A DNA stretch of 35,633 bases, from NCBI GenBank assembly GCA_045129715.1, contig JBGVKA010000068.1:1-35633 (forward strand), read 5' to 3'. Of this stretch, positions 33,411-35,633 are shown one piece after another. The DNA is from Eubacteriales bacterium. GTDB taxonomy: Bacteria; Bacillota; Clostridia; Oscillospirales; CAG-272. Below the pieces are notes generated by a model. The model was not told the origin of the DNA, did no database searches, and was given only the letters and a program-made list of their open reading frames with translations. Position numbers and translations under genes: made by a program. Within the stretch, counting starts at the first letter, position 1, and the number at the start of each line of letters is the position of its first letter.

Positions 33411-34298
33411 TTATACCTTGCGCTTGAAGTTTCCGAATACCTCGTTCGCCTTTTCAAAGCTTGCAAAGGTTCCGGGGTGGCTCTTGATTATCTTCATCAT
33501 TTCACCTATCTGACGCTTGTTGACTATGCAGATAAGAAGGGATTTGTCCGTATCGGAGTACATACCGTGTGCTTTAACGAGAGTTACGCCTCGCTTGAGC
33601 TTGGTTATGATATCGTCCGTGATACCCCCGGGCTCGTCCGTCACTATCTCGAATCGGTAGCCGTCCTTTATTCCCGCAAGGATATGATCGACTATAACGC
33701 TTGCGATAAAGAGGTTTATAAGTGTACAAACGACGGGCGTGACCTTCATTCCGTAAACGAAGAAGGCTATGAAAACGACCGATGAGTCGAGAATGAACGC
33801 AACGTACGCTATGTTCATCTCCGGGTGAGCTCTTTTTAAAAGTGCAGATATACCGTAGGTTCCTCCGCTCGCGCCGAATCTCTTGAGCATAATGGAGAAG
33901 CCGAATCCCGAAATAACTCCCGTGGCTATGCAGGCGAAGATAACGTTAAAATCCTCACCGCTCGTTGCGAGCGAATACGGTGAGCATCCCATAGCCTCGT
34001 AAAGAATGGGCATAAGGGATTGAATGATGACGTATGCGCTGAGCAGAATCCCGAGCTTTTTATTGATAAGCGCACTGACGAGTATGAATATCGGGAGATT
34101 GAACGCGATCATAAGGAGTGACCAACTGACTCTGCCGTTCAAAAAATGATGGGTGATAGTTGCAATACCTCCCACGCCTCCGGGCGCAAAGGAGTTACTG
34201 TTCTGGAAGAAATAATAAGCCGTGCCGACGATGATTCCGGCAACGAGAACGTGTAAAATATCGATAAGTAAAATTTTTGCTTTGTCTTTGTTTTTCAT
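33411..34298 (-). CDS. YitT-family membrane protein (DUF161 repeats plus C-terminal DUF2179)
   Basis: Polytopic N-terminal part and a soluble C-terminal domain (RFEIVTDEPGGITDDII...), typical of YitT, 295 aa. Confidence 0.8.
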   Translation of the reverse strand: MKNKDKAKILLIDILHVLVAGIIVGTAYYFFQNSNSFAPGGVGGIATITHHFLNGRVSWSLLMIAFNLPIFILVSALINKKLGILLSAYVIIQSLMPILYEAMGCSPYSLATSGEDFNVIFACIATGVISGFGFSIMLKRFGASGGTYGISALLKRAHPEMNIAYVAFILDSSVVFIAFFVYGMKVTPVVCTLINLFIASVIVDHILAGIKDGYRFEIVTDEPGGITDDIITKLKRGVTLVKAHGMYSDTDKSLLICIVNKRQIGEMMKIIKSHPGTFASFEKANEVFGNFKRKV

Positions 34299-34410
34299 AG
34301 CATTAGCCTCGGGATTTCGGTCTCCATTTAAAAAAACTTTTTGTTGAACGAAAGAGCTTTCGGCTCCTCCGTGTGATTTTTATCTTTCGGGCACCTTGGT
34401 GCTCTTGGTG

Positions 34411-35124
34411 TTATTCTTTTATTTTGCACGCACCGATAAAGTCCGTGAATACGGCGCGGTTGAGCATATCCGAATCAAAGAGTCTTTCGGGGTGCCACTG
34501 ATAAGCGCGAAGATAAGGATGCTCGGTTGAATACACCGCCTCAACTATACCGTCGTCTGCGGTAGCCATAACCGAAAGTCCCGTGCCGAGCTTCTTTAAC
34601 GCTTGGTGGTGGAAGCTGTTGACCTTAGCGCGCTCGCCCGCGGCGAGAGCTCTTAGCGGAGTGTCCGCGAAAACGCAAATTTCGTGCGAGCTCGTGTCTT
34701 TCGGCTCGCTTTGAACGTGAGGTATCTTTGAGGGTATCTCCGTGGGGATATCCTGATAAAGCGTTCCGCCAAGCGCGGCATTGACAAACTGAGCACCGCG
34801 GCAGATAGCCATAACGGGCTTTTTCGTTTCGTATATTTTCTTGAATGCTCTGAATTCTATATCGTCTCGGTATTTCTGCACGGCGTGGCAGGTCGGCTTG
34901 ACCGCCTCGCCGTATCGGCGCGGATCAATGTCAGCACCGCCCGTAAAAAGAAATCCGTCGCAAATATCAACGAAAGCCTCGATGCTTTCGTCCTTTTCAA
35001 CGTAGGGGAGGAGAAGCGGTGCTCCGCCCGATTCCTCTATTGCCTTGGTATACGTATTTTGAAGCGTGGTAACGACCTTGTCGTCAACCGCACCGAGAAT
35101 ACCGATGATCGTTGGCTTTGTCAT
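34411..35124 (-). CDS. Class I glutamine amidotransferase-like, peptidase C26 (gamma-glutamyl-gamma-aminobutyrate hydrolase family)
   Basis: ICRGAQ nucleophile motif, FHHQA and QWHPE. I place the start at ATG 35124 (MTKPTIIGILG). Confidence 0.85.
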   Translation of the reverse strand: MTKPTIIGILGAVDDKVVTTLQNTYTKAIEESGGAPLLLPYVEKDESIEAFVDICDGFLFTGGADIDPRRYGEAVKPTCHAVQKYRDDIEFRAFKKIYETKKPVMAICRGAQFVNAALGGTLYQDIPTEIPSKIPHVQSEPKDTSSHEICVFADTPLRALAAGERAKVNSFHHQALKKLGTGLSVMATADDGIVEAVYSTEHPYLRAYQWHPERLFDSDMLNRAVFTDFIGACKIKE

Positions 35125-35343
35125 AAATAAACCTTTCTTTTGCCGCTTTTGCGGCAGGGGGATTGGGTATGGACGGTAAATCCGTCGCGTTAACAAAGTG
35201 ACGGAATAGCGAGCCTGCGAGTGTCCGTAGCGTAGCTCTTCCGTGCGTACATAAAAAGCCGTTGGCTTTCGTGCTTATCTTCTTTCGACGCGCGTGAGCA
35301 CCTCGGAGAATTTCTTGAAGGCGCGCGAGGGGGGATCAAAGCG

Positions 35344-35633
35344 TTACGCGTTTTTTAATATCTCGGTCACCGCCGAGCCGGTTGCATCGTTCAGCTTTAC
35401 TCCGAGCACCCTGGCAAGCGTTGGCGCGTGGTTTAATATGTTTCCGCGCTCAAGCACTACGTTCGAAGCAAAGGACGGGCCTTTTGCAATAAAAGGCGGT
35501 TGCGGTCCGAGGCTTGGCTCGTGTCCGTGAGTTGCTCTGCCCGAGCGGTAGTCACCGGGATCGTAGAAGGTAACCGCGGGGCGCGTGAGCTTTTCGGAAA
35601 AGCTCGTATAGCCGTCGGTCTCCAAAACGAAGG
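35344..35633 (-). CDS. Alkaline-phosphatase-superfamily protein (nucleotide pyrophosphatase/phosphodiesterase-like), C-terminal part only
   Basis: The frame stays open to the window edge. An ATHGHEP (GxHGxxP-like) metal-site motif lies near the C-terminus. The M in the ORF track is an internal TTG. Confidence 0.5.
   Translation of the reverse strand, partial: FVLETDGYTSFSEKLTRPAVTFYDPGDYRSGRATHGHEPSLGPQPPFIAKGPSFASNVVLERGNILNHAPTLARVLGVKLNDATGSAVTEILKNA

Noticed and set aside
35125-35343. A 219-nt spacer upstream of the C26 amidotransferase gene with several short hairpins (TGCCGC-tttt-GCGGCA, GACGG-taaat-CCGTC, AAAGCC-gtt-GGCTTT), considered as a riboswitch.
   Set aside because: It matches no riboswitch consensus I know (glutamine, guanidine, preQ1, ZTP and others). 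The stems are only 5-6 bp, and part of it is plausibly just the terminator of the upstream gene. Only an Rfam scan could take this further.
1-35633. A search by eye for tRNA, rRNA and tmRNA genes, CRISPR repeats, IS elements or transposases, integrases, toxin-antitoxin pairs and known defence-system genes.
   Set aside because: None was found. I saw no T-arm-like GGTTCGAATCC motifs in a tRNA context, no regularly spaced direct repeats and no ORFs with recombinase, nuclease-NTPase or other defence-type motifs outside the phage terminase.

Overview
This 35.6-kb window looks like Firmicutes/Clostridia-type chromosome: roughly 50% GC by eye, GGAGG/GAAAGGA ribosome-binding sites, and sepF, mrnC, pcrA, ylmH and lspA-rluD type genes. 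Positions 1-7352 (minus strand) are the packaging and head half of a tailed-phage-derived element. In transcription order it encodes terS, terL, portal, a minor head protein, a 43-aa ORF, scaffold, a decoration-like protein, major capsid and a connector, plus one more structural gene that runs off the left edge. This module starts directly next to a housekeeping ABC-F gene. It is preceded only by terminator-like hairpins, a strong SigA-type promoter and a structured leader; no lysogeny, replication or regulatory genes lie on this side. Positions 7.6-27.5 kb hold core genes: ABC-F ATPase, rluD, lspA, sepF, yggS, mrnC, hisS, a YgiQ radical-SAM protein, pcrA, a HAD phosphatase, ylmH, a parvulin PPIase, an RsmF-like methyltransferase, an acyl-CoA ligase, yccF and an M16 peptidase. 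Positions 27.5-35.6 kb are a minus-strand block of membrane, surface and accessory genes: a COG2426 protein, a BspA-like LRR protein, lipoproteins, an EamA transporter, an SGNH hydrolase, a HAD hydrolase, YitT, a C26 amidotransferase and a partial alkaline-phosphatase-family gene. I saw no rRNA, tRNA, CRISPR array, transposase or recognisable defence genes. The most unusual signals are non-coding. First, seven contiguous, mutually unrelated hairpins (12316-12471; six perfect, one with a T-G pair) apparently form the 5' leader of the yggS-sepF-lspA-rluD operon. Second, a duplicated module of three DnaA-box-like 9-mers (16571-16701) sits upstream of pcrA. Third, the phage head module has an orphan-like arrangement. 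All functional calls rest on motifs and family resemblance read by eye; no database search was run.
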